From assembly GCA_044376115.1 (NCBI GenBank), contig JBILLK010000006.1:369302-433301 (forward strand): 64,000 nt of DNA, given 5' to 3'. Below are positions 1-8,454 of the stretch, one piece after another. Position numbers and translations under genes: made by a program. Each line of letters begins with the position of its first letter. Position 1 is the stretch's first letter. Origin of the DNA: Polyangiaceae bacterium (GTDB lineage: Bacteria > Myxococcota_A > Polyangia > Polyangiales > Polyangiaceae). Below the pieces are notes generated by a model, which was not told where the DNA came from, searched no databases, and saw only the letters and a program-made list of their open reading frames with translations.

Positions 1-2
1 TC

Positions 3-374
3 ACGCTAACCGTCAATACCGCCCTGGCCGACTTCGACCTGTTTGCCTCGCTTTACGAGTTCAATCCGGCGATCGAGGGAGGCGGGCGATTCGTCCAGAT
101 CGGTTCGCAGCGAGCCACCTACCGCGAAGGCACCTCCCCCTCGGCGTTGCCTGGCGAAGGGGTGGACGTCCCGATCACGATCGAGCTTCTGCCCGTAGCC
201 CATCGGGTTCTAGTCGGCTCGCAGTTGGTGCTTTATCTGAGTACGGCGGATTGTGTCGCCTTCGAGAACCCGCAGAGCGGTGAGCCTGCCTGGGCGCAGA
301 CCGAGCAGGTGGCAGGCGAGCTCGTGCTCCGGCTCGATGCCAATAGCCGTTTGAGCCTGCCCCTGCTCGAGTAG
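3..374 (+). CDS. C-terminal part of a CocE/NonD (X-Pro dipeptidyl-peptidase C-terminal domain) family hydrolase; 5' end lies outside the window
   Basis: The frame is open from nt 3 (TLTVNTALADFDLFASLYEF...VPITIELLPVAHRVLVGSQLVLYLSTAD), which resembles the PepX_C/CocE C-terminal 'I.L.P.AH....G..L.L.LS..D' pattern. Confidence 0.6.
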   Translation, partial: TLTVNTALADFDLFASLYEFNPAIEGGGRFVQIGSQRATYREGTSPSALPGEGVDVPITIELLPVAHRVLVGSQLVLYLSTADCVAFENPQSGEPAWAQTEQVAGELVLRLDANSRLSLPLLE

Positions 375-385
375 TCGTGGCCTGC

Positions 386-1486
386 CTATCTGACGGTGGG
401 CAACGCTCGGCCTTTGCGGCCGGCGCGCGGAGGTGCTTTCGGCTCGGTGGCGATCAATCGCGTGGCCAGATCAATCCCACGATCGACGAGCTCCTCGGCT
501 GCCGCTTTCAGTTCGTCATTGGCCTGTACGCTCTCCACGTTGCGGGCCATGTCCTCAGCCGTCCAGCCGCGCGAATGAGCGATATACGGAAACTGCGGGA
601 ACTGACAGCCGAGCTCACCGAAGAAGCCGAGCATTTGCCCGGCGACGGCCTGCACGTTGTCTTGCCCACCGGTGATGATGGCGCCGACGACTTTATTCTG
701 CAGTAGCACCTTGCCCGAGATGGTGACCTGGTTCTGAATACAGTTCATTCGCTCTACCATTTTAAAGTAGAGGCTGCTGGCTGCGCCCCAGCGGATGGGC
801 GTGGCCACCATGAAGACGTCGCCCCAGTGCACGAGCGCTTCGTAGACTTGGTCCAATTGGTCATTGGGGTCCATCTGGGTAATCGAGCAGGGCCAGGTGC
901 AGGCGCGCGCACCCTTGGAGTAAAAGCCCTCGCAGGCGCGAAAGTTGAGGTCGCGCAGGCGCACCATGCGCGTCTCGTGGCCTTGCGCCTCTGCGTGCTT
1001 GAGCGCCGCCTCCAGCAGATACTCGGAGGTTGAAAAGCGCGGATAGTCCTTTTGCATCACCGTGGTGGAGAAGCCAACCACCCGCGGTTTGCCCGCTAGC
1101 CGCTCGACGGGGCGGGCCAGCGGGTGCGGCTCGTGCGGCTTCTTGGCGCGCTTTACATGCGGCTTGCTGCCGACCTGCACACGGCCCTCGACCACCCGCA
1201 CGTGATAGGCGGGGACCACGTCCTCCTCGAAGCCGCGCTCGCCATGCCCTTCCACGCGGTGAAAGCGCCACTGATGCCACGGACAGACGACGAAGTCGCC
1301 CTCCAGGGTGCCTTTCCCGAGCGGTCCGCCAGCGTGATTGCAGGCCCCGTGGATGGCGCCAAAGAGCCCATCCTTGAAGGTCAGCGCCACACGGGTGCTA
1401 CCGACCGTTACTTGCTGAACCTCGCTCAGGGCAAGCTCTGCCGCTGCCCCGACGTCGACCCATTCTTCAGCGCTGTCTTGCGTCAT
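386..1486 (-). CDS. Rieske [2Fe-2S] ferredoxin fused to an NAD(P)H-dependent FMN reductase/iron-sulfur flavoprotein domain
   Basis: Rieske motifs CNHAGG and CPWH. The flavodoxin-like part has ACEGFYSKGARACTWPC, ATPIRWG and ITGGQDN. Start re-chosen at MTQDS (1486). Confidence 0.85.
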   Translation of the reverse strand: MTQDSAEEWVDVGAAAELALSEVQQVTVGSTRVALTFKDGLFGAIHGACNHAGGPLGKGTLEGDFVVCPWHQWRFHRVEGHGERGFEEDVVPAYHVRVVEGRVQVGSKPHVKRAKKPHEPHPLARPVERLAGKPRVVGFSTTVMQKDYPRFSTSEYLLEAALKHAEAQGHETRMVRLRDLNFRACEGFYSKGARACTWPCSITQMDPNDQLDQVYEALVHWGDVFMVATPIRWGAASSLYFKMVERMNCIQNQVTISGKVLLQNKVVGAIITGGQDNVQAVAGQMLGFFGELGCQFPQFPYIAHSRGWTAEDMARNVESVQANDELKAAAEELVDRGIDLATRLIATEPKAPPRAGRKGRALPTVR

Positions 1487-1543
1487 GCGGCGCAGGATAG
1501 GGCATTGCCTGCGTTCAAGGTCGCGACTAGGTCGCGTTCGGTG

Positions 1544-2179
1544 GTGAACACACCGTTGAATCCGGCGCTCGAGGCCGCGTTTGTTCGTTGGGAGCAAGAG
1601 GGCCCATCCGGAGATGAGGCTCACCGCGAGCGGCTGAAGAAGCTCGCGGACGCTGTCGATAAGCAGCTCCGTGAGCGAGGCAAGGTGGACCTCGTCTTCG
1701 TGTGTACCCACAATTCGCGCAGGAGCCACATGACGCAGCTCTTGGCCCTCGCAGCCGCGCAGCGGCTCGGGGTCGTTGGGTTGCGTACCTTCTCGGGGGG
1801 AACCGAGGCTACGGCCTTCAACCCGCGGGCGATCGCGGCTCTGTCTCGGCTTGGCTTCGAGCTGAGCTCGGGAGAGAGCACGAACCCCAAGGTGAAGGTG
1901 CGCTTCAGCCCAGTCGCCGAGCCCGTGGAGGCCTTCTCCAAGAAGTACGCCGATCCGCCCAACCCGGAGAAAGACTTCGTGGTGGTGATGACGTGTTCGC
2001 AGGCCGACGGTTCATGCCCATTCGTTGTTGGAGCGCTTTCACGCGTGGCTATCCCCTACGAGGACCCCAAGGTCGCCGATGGAACTCCGGAGGAAGCGGC
2101 GCGCTACGACGAGCGCGCCAACCAGATCGGTCGGGATATGGCCTGGGTCTTCCGCCAGGCGCGGCAGCCTCGAGAGTGA
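1544..2179 (+). CDS. Low-molecular-weight protein-tyrosine-phosphatase / arsenate-reductase-like protein
   Basis: P-loop FVCTHNSRRS, plus SGGTEATAFN, MTCSQADGSCP and YEDPK. Start taken at a GTG near 1541-1544. Confidence 0.85.
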   Translation: MNTPLNPALEAAFVRWEQEGPSGDEAHRERLKKLADAVDKQLRERGKVDLVFVCTHNSRRSHMTQLLALAAAQRLGVVGLRTFSGGTEATAFNPRAIAALSRLGFELSSGESTNPKVKVRFSPVAEPVEAFSKKYADPPNPEKDFVVVMTCSQADGSCPFVVGALSRVAIPYEDPKVADGTPEEAARYDERANQIGRDMAWVFRQARQPRE

Positions 2180-2232
2180 CCGGAGCGCGCGCTTCGTTCA
2201 CTCGAACGATCGGCTCTGCTACTTTGCCCGCG

Positions 2233-3147
2233 ATGGTCCGAACGATTGGTTCACGCGAGGCGCAGGCTCTGATGGACGCTGGCACGGTGGCGCTCGTGGA
2301 CGTGCGCGAGCCGAGTGAGTTTGCGACGGGACACCTGCCCGGCGCGCGGCTCGTTCCGCTCGGTGATTTGAAGCAAAACTTCGCGGCGGCCGGTCTCAAG
2401 GGGCCGGTGTTGTTCGTGTGCGCCAAAGGCGGTCGCAGCAACACCGCCGCTGAGCTCGCGCTGGCCAACGGCCTATCGGAGGTCTACAGCTTGGCCGGAG
2501 GTACCTCCGGATGGATTGCCGAGGGCCACCGAGTCGAGACGCCGGCCCAGCCGGTCGCGCCCGCCGCTCCGTCGGTGAGCCCCGAGGAAGTGCCAGCCGA
2601 GTTCGACGTGATCGTCGGCGAGAACGTACGCAAGCTGCGCACCCAGCGCGGCTACTCGCTCGACATCCTGGCCGGAATGAGCGGCGTGGGGCGGCAGACC
2701 TTGGGCCAGATCGAGCTTGGGCGCACGGTGCCGAGCGTGAGCACCTTGTGGAAGATCGCCACGGCGTTCGAGGTGCCGTTCTCGGTCCTGTTGGCGCAGC
2801 CGGGAACGACCGCAACCAAGGTCTTGCGGCAGGCCCAGGCCAAACGGCTGGTGAGCGCGGATGGGCGTTTCTCATCGCGCGCGCTGTTTCCTTCGGAAGG
2901 GAAGGGCAAGGTCGAGTTCTACGAGCTTTGGCTGGCCGGCTACGGCCGCGAGGACGCGGAGCCGCACGCGCCGGGAACCCGGGAGAACCTGATTGTTACG
3001 GCCGGCAAGTTGGTGCTCGAGGTGGGCAAAGAGTCATATGAGCTCGGCAAAGGGGACGCGATCGTGTTCTCCGCGGACGTCGCTCATTCCTATCGCAACC
3101 CAGCATCCGAGGAGTGTTGGATGAACCTGGTGATGACGTACGGCTGA
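2233..3147 (+). CDS. Rhodanese domain fused to an XRE helix-turn-helix and cupin (transcriptional regulator)
   Basis: Rhodanese: VDVREPSEFATGHLPGA, CAKGGRS, LAGGTSGW. XRE HTH: GENVRKLRTQRGYSLDILAGMSGVGRQTLGQIELG. Cupin: HAPGTRE...GDAIVFSADVAHSYRN. Confidence 0.85.
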   Translation: MVRTIGSREAQALMDAGTVALVDVREPSEFATGHLPGARLVPLGDLKQNFAAAGLKGPVLFVCAKGGRSNTAAELALANGLSEVYSLAGGTSGWIAEGHRVETPAQPVAPAAPSVSPEEVPAEFDVIVGENVRKLRTQRGYSLDILAGMSGVGRQTLGQIELGRTVPSVSTLWKIATAFEVPFSVLLAQPGTTATKVLRQAQAKRLVSADGRFSSRALFPSEGKGKVEFYELWLAGYGREDAEPHAPGTRENLIVTAGKLVLEVGKESYELGKGDAIVFSADVAHSYRNPASEECWMNLVMTYG

Positions 3148-3198
3148 GGGAAGGCTGGCCTGCAGACGCCCTTTTGCAGCGTGAGTCCTTCTGCAGGG

Positions 3199-4230
3199 TC
3201 AGCCTTGGTGAAGCTCCGCTTTGGCGATCACCTCGAGCGAGGCGAGCTTGCTCGAGAGATCGAGGGCCAGGGCGGTTTGCGCCCGGCTGCGTGCGAGGTT
3301 GTGGTCGCCCCGGGTAGCGTAGCGGGCAGCGTCGAAGCCGAAATAGCGCTCCTCCAGCGTGTCGGTCAAAAAGCGCAGGGCCAGCTCGACCGAGATGGTC
3401 AGCACTCCGCGCGGCAAGAGTGCAACTTCGTCGGCGGGCACGCGGGCACCTGAGGAGGCGTAGCCGCTCAGCGCCAAACGAAAGGTGTCCGGGTTGAAGC
3501 TGCTGTCGCTCGAGTCTTCGGCGCCTCGGTTACACCAGCTGCGCAGCGCATCTCCCAGCTCGAACACCCACATCATCGACGCCACCGTGTCGAGATCCAC
3601 CAGAGCGAGCCCGTGCTCGCCTGCAAAGAGAAGGTTGGCGGCCTTCAGGTCGCCATGCGCATGACGGCTAGGCGTGGCTCCCAGCTGCAGCGTCTGTTGC
3701 AGTAGCGGCTCGAGCCGAGCGAACACGGCGCGCACCTCGGCAAGCAGTCGATGCGAAGCGTGGGTGCCCTCGGCTTCACGGTAACCGCGCTCGCGAAAGG
3801 CCAGATCATGAATGCCCTTTCGCACGTGCACGTACTCATGTTCGAAGTCGCTGAGCGCCGCGTGAAATGCACCCACCATGCGCCCGGCTTCACGCACGTG
3901 CGTGGCGGAGGGGAAGCGCTCGTAGGAAACCCCGTCCAAGAAGCTGAGCATGCGCCACACGTGCCCGTCTTCGTCGGTTTGCCAAAGCTCACCGCCGTCG
4001 CTCGGGATGAGGCGCAGCGTTGTCACGCCTTTGCTGGCGAGGTGCTCCGTCACGGCCGCGATATCTACGTGTACGCTGGCTTTGAAGGTCGGGTGGAGCC
4101 GCTGGACGATCACGGTGCGCCCCGTAAGCTCGGCGCGAAAGGTCTGGTTGATGAGCCCACTGCCGTACCGCTCGGCTTCGGCAGAGAGACCTTGCCACGC
4201 GCTCAGGATGGGGGCGGGGAGCTTGACCAT
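3199..4230 (-). CDS. Aminoglycoside phosphotransferase/choline-kinase-like sugar kinase (N-acetylhexosamine 1-kinase-like)
   Basis: GSGLINQTF, Brenner motif HGDLKAANLLF, VDLDTV, ELGDALRSWCN. Confidence 0.8.
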   Translation of the reverse strand: MVKLPAPILSAWQGLSAEAERYGSGLINQTFRAELTGRTVIVQRLHPTFKASVHVDIAAVTEHLASKGVTTLRLIPSDGGELWQTDEDGHVWRMLSFLDGVSYERFPSATHVREAGRMVGAFHAALSDFEHEYVHVRKGIHDLAFRERGYREAEGTHASHRLLAEVRAVFARLEPLLQQTLQLGATPSRHAHGDLKAANLLFAGEHGLALVDLDTVASMMWVFELGDALRSWCNRGAEDSSDSSFNPDTFRLALSGYASSGARVPADEVALLPRGVLTISVELALRFLTDTLEERYFGFDAARYATRGDHNLARSRAQTALALDLSSKLASLEVIAKAELHQG

Positions 4231-4299
4231 GGCGCACGTTACACCGGCCCGGGCGTGCTGAAACAGCGCTGAGTGGCCCCTGCCGTGTCGAAGTAGCGC

Positions 4300-5808
4300 T
4301 CAGGTTCCCGTCAAGGCGAGCCAAGCATCGCTCGAAGCGCCCGCTGGTCGACTCGAGCTGCGATCCTGGCTGACCGCGCGCGGGCGCTTGAGTGGAAGCT
4401 CGATGATGAAGGTGGTTCCAACGCCGCATTCGGTCTCGAAAGTCAGCTGGCCCCCGTGGTGTACTGCGATGAAGGTATGTGCGAGCGCGAGACCCTGGCC
4501 GGTACCTTTGCCGAGCGGCTTGGTGGTGAAGAATGGCTCGAAGATCCGCGAGCGCACCGCTTCAGGGATGCCGGCGCCGTTGTCTCGGATGTGCACCGTC
4601 ACTCCGCCTGCATGGCCCCGGCTACTGATCGTGATGCTGCCGAGCCCTTGAAGGTTGCGGTCTGCCACAGCATGGGTGGCGTTGATGATCAGGTTTAGGA
4701 ACACTTGGTTGAGTTCCCCGAGATTGCATTCGACGAGCGGCAGCTCGCCGAGATCGGTGGTCAGGCAGGCGACGTGTTTGTACTCACCGCCCGCGACGAT
4801 CACCGCGTCGCGGATCGCGCCGTTGACGTCTGCTCGTTCCACCACGTGCGACTCGGGATGAGAGAAGGCTCGCAGCGCGCGGACGATCTCGGCGACGCGC
4901 CCAACTCCGCGAAGCGTGCGCTGCGCAGCGAGAGGCGCCTCCGAGAACAAGAAGTCCACATCCGCTCGTTCGGCGGTCTTCGCGATCAGCTCTTCATCGG
5001 CGGGCGTGAGCGCACCGCGTGCGCGCAGTTCAGCGAAGAGCTCGTGGTGGATCGACCAGGCTTGCGCGAGATCCTTCAGTGCGTCTTTGAGAAAGACGAC
5101 GCCATCGCCGATGAACTGGATTGGCGTGTTTACCTCGTGTGCAACGCCAGCGGCTAGTTGTCCGACCGCCTCCATCTTTTGCGCGATCTGCAACCGCTCT
5201 TCGAGCCGGGTTTTCTCGGTCACGTCGGAGATCGAGAACAGGATTTGCTCCACCGTGCCCAGATCACTGAGCACGGCCCGGCCCTCCACCAGGAGGTTCT
5301 TGTCTCCAACGTGAAAGCGCGATGGCAGGGCAGCGAGTGCATCGCCGTCTTTCTCTGGGTGCTCGAATACGGAGCGCAGTTGGTGCTTGAAGCGTTCGGC
5401 GGTCAAGCCGCTGGTTTGCAGCACAAGGGCGAGCGGCTTGTTCACGATGTCGTAGCCGAAGATCTGCTTGCAGCTCCGGGTTGCCCCTGGGAGGACGACT
5501 CCCTCCCGGCCAACCAGCAAGATGCCGAAGGTCACGTTGTCGATGATTGAGCGGGTTGCCCGGGTCCGCTCGGTCACCTCGAGCTCGAGCCTAAGTTTGT
5601 GTGCCTCGAGCTCGGTGGCGCGTAGCTCCATCAGCTCTCGCCGGCGCTCGTTCGCCTCGACGCGGCGACGGGCCTCGTCGAGCTGAAGTTCGATTGGGCA
5701 GCGTGCTTCACCGCTCTGCATTTGTTGCATGCGTCGCTTCAGCACCGTTACGGTCTTCGCCGCTGCGATCGCGCGCTCTTCCCAGCTCATTTCTGCGTAG
5801 ACGGGCAC
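4300..5808 (-). CDS. Cytoplasmic NtrB-type sensor histidine kinase with an N-terminal coiled coil and a PAS-like domain
   Basis: H-box GVAHEVNTP, N-box QVFLNLIINATHA, DNGAGI, FEPFFTTK and GTGQGL. GTG start at 5808 is preceded by AAGGA, which overlaps the FIST stop codon. Confidence 0.9.
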   Translation of the reverse strand: MPVYAEMSWEERAIAAAKTVTVLKRRMQQMQSGEARCPIELQLDEARRRVEANERRRELMELRATELEAHKLRLELEVTERTRATRSIIDNVTFGILLVGREGVVLPGATRSCKQIFGYDIVNKPLALVLQTSGLTAERFKHQLRSVFEHPEKDGDALAALPSRFHVGDKNLLVEGRAVLSDLGTVEQILFSISDVTEKTRLEERLQIAQKMEAVGQLAAGVAHEVNTPIQFIGDGVVFLKDALKDLAQAWSIHHELFAELRARGALTPADEELIAKTAERADVDFLFSEAPLAAQRTLRGVGRVAEIVRALRAFSHPESHVVERADVNGAIRDAVIVAGGEYKHVACLTTDLGELPLVECNLGELNQVFLNLIINATHAVADRNLQGLGSITISSRGHAGGVTVHIRDNGAGIPEAVRSRIFEPFFTTKPLGKGTGQGLALAHTFIAVHHGGQLTFETECGVGTTFIIELPLKRPRAVSQDRSSSRPAGASSDAWLALTGT

Positions 5809-5818
5809 GTTTGGGTCC

Positions 5819-6940
5819 TTAGTGAAGGGCGACGCCAACCAGCGTCTGGTTGATGTGGAGGCCGTTGCACTGCTCACCGTAGGTATCGAAGCCGATCGAG
5901 TCGCAGGCCAAACGCCGCCACGACTCCGCCACTTGCGCCGAGACGCCGGCGCCTGACATCTCGAGCGCGCGTAGTATGCAGTTGAAGCCTACGAAGAAGC
6001 TCGGCTTCCCGTAGATGGACAGGAACTCATCAACGCTCTTGGAGAGCGCGGAGACCATGTCTTCGTGGCCGGCAATGTCGAGCACCATGCCTTCCTCGAG
6101 CGCACTCAAGAAGGAAATGGTTCCATCCGGATGGATCTTCTGCACGGAGCGCAGGAATAGGTCGCCTTCGGTAGCGAGAATGATCGGGTGAACGAACACT
6201 AACTCCTCGGTTAGGTCGCTGCGCGGGACTCCCAGCGCGTCGGCGTAAGCATCTGCCGGGTTTATGCCGTCGAGTTCGAGGACGCGGCGGCCGGTTTCGT
6301 CGACGGCGGTGATGACCACCGACGTGCTCGTGCGCAGAAAGTGCTGATGTTTGAAGACCGTGAACCCGTCTTTGGGATCGCAAAGAATCAGCACAGCGTG
6401 GTCTTTGAGCGCCTGACCTTGAAGGAAGACGTAGGTCTCTTGAAACTTGAGGTCATCCCCAGCTGACCCGCCCACGAGCGCAATGCCATCGAGCGCAGCG
6501 GCTGCCATCGCGGTGAAGGACTCCTGCTTCAGCGAGAGCCCGTCGATCAACAACAAGCAGAAGTACTTGCGCACGTCGAAGGTGGTGCGGTCGATCCCCA
6601 GCTCCGCATAAAGCGCGTCCACCGTGCTCCGAAGTTGTGCTGGCGTAGCCCCTTGCAGCGGCACCGCGCGCGCCGCCCAGCAGGTCCCCGGGCTCTCGAC
6701 GGCTGCAACGCTCAAGCTCCCGGTGGCGCGGACCCCGTTGAGCATTTCCCCTGTCGTGGAGCAGCCGACGACCAAGCTACGCTCGAAGCGTCGCGCCATC
6801 GCGGCGCTGAGCGCCTTCGGCTCGAAGCTGGAGGAAGCGAAGTAGAAGACCACATCCGGAGCTGCATTGGCTCCTGCGGTGGCCTCCGCAATGGCGGCGT
6901 CCAGATCTGAGTTGGTTGAGCGGTTTGAGTGGACCTTCAT
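5819..6940 (-). CDS. FIST N/C-domain protein (NosP-like sensor), copy 2
   Basis: GCSTTGE, LIDGLS, GGSAGDDL, GFNCILR, GFDTYGEQ..GLHINQTL. Confidence 0.9.
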   Translation of the reverse strand: MKVHSNRSTNSDLDAAIAEATAGANAAPDVVFYFASSSFEPKALSAAMARRFERSLVVGCSTTGEMLNGVRATGSLSVAAVESPGTCWAARAVPLQGATPAQLRSTVDALYAELGIDRTTFDVRKYFCLLLIDGLSLKQESFTAMAAAALDGIALVGGSAGDDLKFQETYVFLQGQALKDHAVLILCDPKDGFTVFKHQHFLRTSTSVVITAVDETGRRVLELDGINPADAYADALGVPRSDLTEELVFVHPIILATEGDLFLRSVQKIHPDGTISFLSALEEGMVLDIAGHEDMVSALSKSVDEFLSIYGKPSFFVGFNCILRALEMSGAGVSAQVAESWRRLACDSIGFDTYGEQCNGLHINQTLVGVALH

Positions 6941-6955
6941 CGTGGCTCGGTAGGG

Positions 6956-7132
6956 CTATTCGGCTGCATTTTTCGTCGCCTCTTCGCGCCAGCGCTTGGC
7001 CTCGAGCTGCTGGTCAAACCGAGTTTTTCGGCTGCCGTTTTGTAGATCGTGCACCCGACGTTTGAGCACGGTGACCGTTTTCTCTGCCGCGAGGGCGCGT
7101 TCTTCCCAGGTCATCTGTTCGAGCGAAGGCAT
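6956..7132 (-). CDS. Unannotated 58-aa microprotein homologous to the N-terminus of the histidine kinase (MPSLEQMTWEERALAAEKTVTVLKRRVHDLQNGSRKTRFDQQLEAKRWREEATKNAAE)
   Basis: Translated by hand. An AGGAG RBS overlaps the stop of FIST copy 1, the ORF fills the gap between the two FIST genes, and it aligns with the kinase sequence EMSWEERAIAAAKTVTVLKRR. Confidence 0.75.
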   Translation of the reverse strand: MPSLEQMTWEERALAAEKTVTVLKRRVHDLQNGSRKTRFDQQLEAKRWREEATKNAAE

Positions 7133-7141
7133 CGGCTTCTC

Positions 7142-8263
7142 CTAGTGAAGGGCGACTCCAACGAGTGTTTGATTGATATGCAGGCCACCGAACTGTTCGC
7201 CGTAGGTGTCGAAGCCGACTGACGTCTGAGCCAGCCGCTGCCAAGATGCAGCGACCTGTGGCTCGAGCGCTCGACTCGTCGATTCGAGGGCGCGCAGGAT
7301 GCAATTGAAGCCCAGGAAGAGTCGAGGGCGCGGATGATCGACGAGGAACTCATCGACGGCGCGGTCGAGCGCGCCAACGAAGTCTTGATGCCGGGCGACA
7401 TCGAGCACCATGCCCTCTTCAACCGAGCAGAAGAATGAGATCGCACCATCCTCGAGAATTTCGCGGACCGAACGAACGAAGAGATCGCCGTCGCTCGAGA
7501 GTGTGAGCGGACGCAGAAAGGCGAACTCTTTCGTCAGCTCGGCGCGCGGGATGCCCAAGGCGTCGGCGTAGGCATCGGCGGCCGGGCGACCATCGAACTC
7601 GAGGATGCGCCTCCCATCCTTGCCGACGGCGGTGACGGCGAGTGAGGTTGTGGTGCGCAAGAAGTGCTGATGTTTGAAGAGATCGTAGCCTCGTTCGTGT
7701 TCGCACAGCACCATCAGCGCGTGCCCGCCGAGCGCCGCTCCTTGCAAGAAGACGAAAGTCTTGCGGAAGGTCAGGTCATCCGCCGCCGAGCCACCGACGA
7801 GCGGGATCCCGTGCAGGGCGTCGGCCGCGAAGGCCGAGAACGCCTCCTCCTGTGCAGAGAGCCCGTCGATGAAGAGCAGGCAAACGTACTTCGTCGGGTC
7901 GAGCTGGGCCTTCTCGACCGCGAGCTCGCTTAGCAGCTGGTCCACTGCCGCTTGGGTGATCTCGGCGGTTGCTCCCGCCAATAACACGCAGGTGGCGGCC
8001 CAGCGTGTGTGGGGGCTCTCGATCGCGGTGATGGCCAGTCCACCGGTGTGTCGCTCTCCATCGACGATTTCGCCCGCAGTGGTACAGCCGACCACCAAGC
8101 TCTCGGGAAAGCGGAAGGCGGTTGCTGCTGCAACCTGATCGGGATCCAGCTCCGAGGAGGCGAAACAAAAGACGACGTCAGGCTTCGCAGGCGCTTGCAC
8201 AGTGGCATCGGCGACCGCCGCGTCAACGTCGAGGCTTTTTGAAGTGCCTGAGGTGATTTTCAT
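7142..8263 (-). CDS. FIST N/C-domain protein (NosP-like sensor), copy 1
   Basis: GCTTAGE, FIDGLS, GGSAADDL, GFNCILR, GFDTYGEQFGGLHINQTL. Start at MKITSG aligns with the start of copy 2. Confidence 0.9.
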   Translation of the reverse strand: MKITSGTSKSLDVDAAVADATVQAPAKPDVVFCFASSELDPDQVAAATAFRFPESLVVGCTTAGEIVDGERHTGGLAITAIESPHTRWAATCVLLAGATAEITQAAVDQLLSELAVEKAQLDPTKYVCLLFIDGLSAQEEAFSAFAADALHGIPLVGGSAADDLTFRKTFVFLQGAALGGHALMVLCEHERGYDLFKHQHFLRTTTSLAVTAVGKDGRRILEFDGRPAADAYADALGIPRAELTKEFAFLRPLTLSSDGDLFVRSVREILEDGAISFFCSVEEGMVLDVARHQDFVGALDRAVDEFLVDHPRPRLFLGFNCILRALESTSRALEPQVAASWQRLAQTSVGFDTYGEQFGGLHINQTLVGVALH

Positions 8264-8454
8264 GCGCTCGCTTTCTCGGCAGGTCGGGTTCAAAAAGCGG
8301 GTTGCTGGGCAACACTCGACGGGCTCGCTTTTGCAGAGCGGCACTTCTGGCGAGCAGCTTTACTCACCGCCCGGGGGTGGTCGGTTCAGGTCTGGGGTCG
8401 AGCAGGCAGCCGGTGTTCAGCTGCAGCGAGTCGAGCCAGTGATATGGTCGGCGC

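Noticed and set aside
1544..2179. Arsenic resistance operon
   Set aside because: Only an ArsC/LMW-PTP-like gene is present; there is no arsR, acr3/arsB or arsM nearby.
3199..4230. Aminoglycoside resistance gene
   Set aside because: The motifs fit the broader APH/choline-kinase-like sugar-kinase clade, and there is no mobile context.
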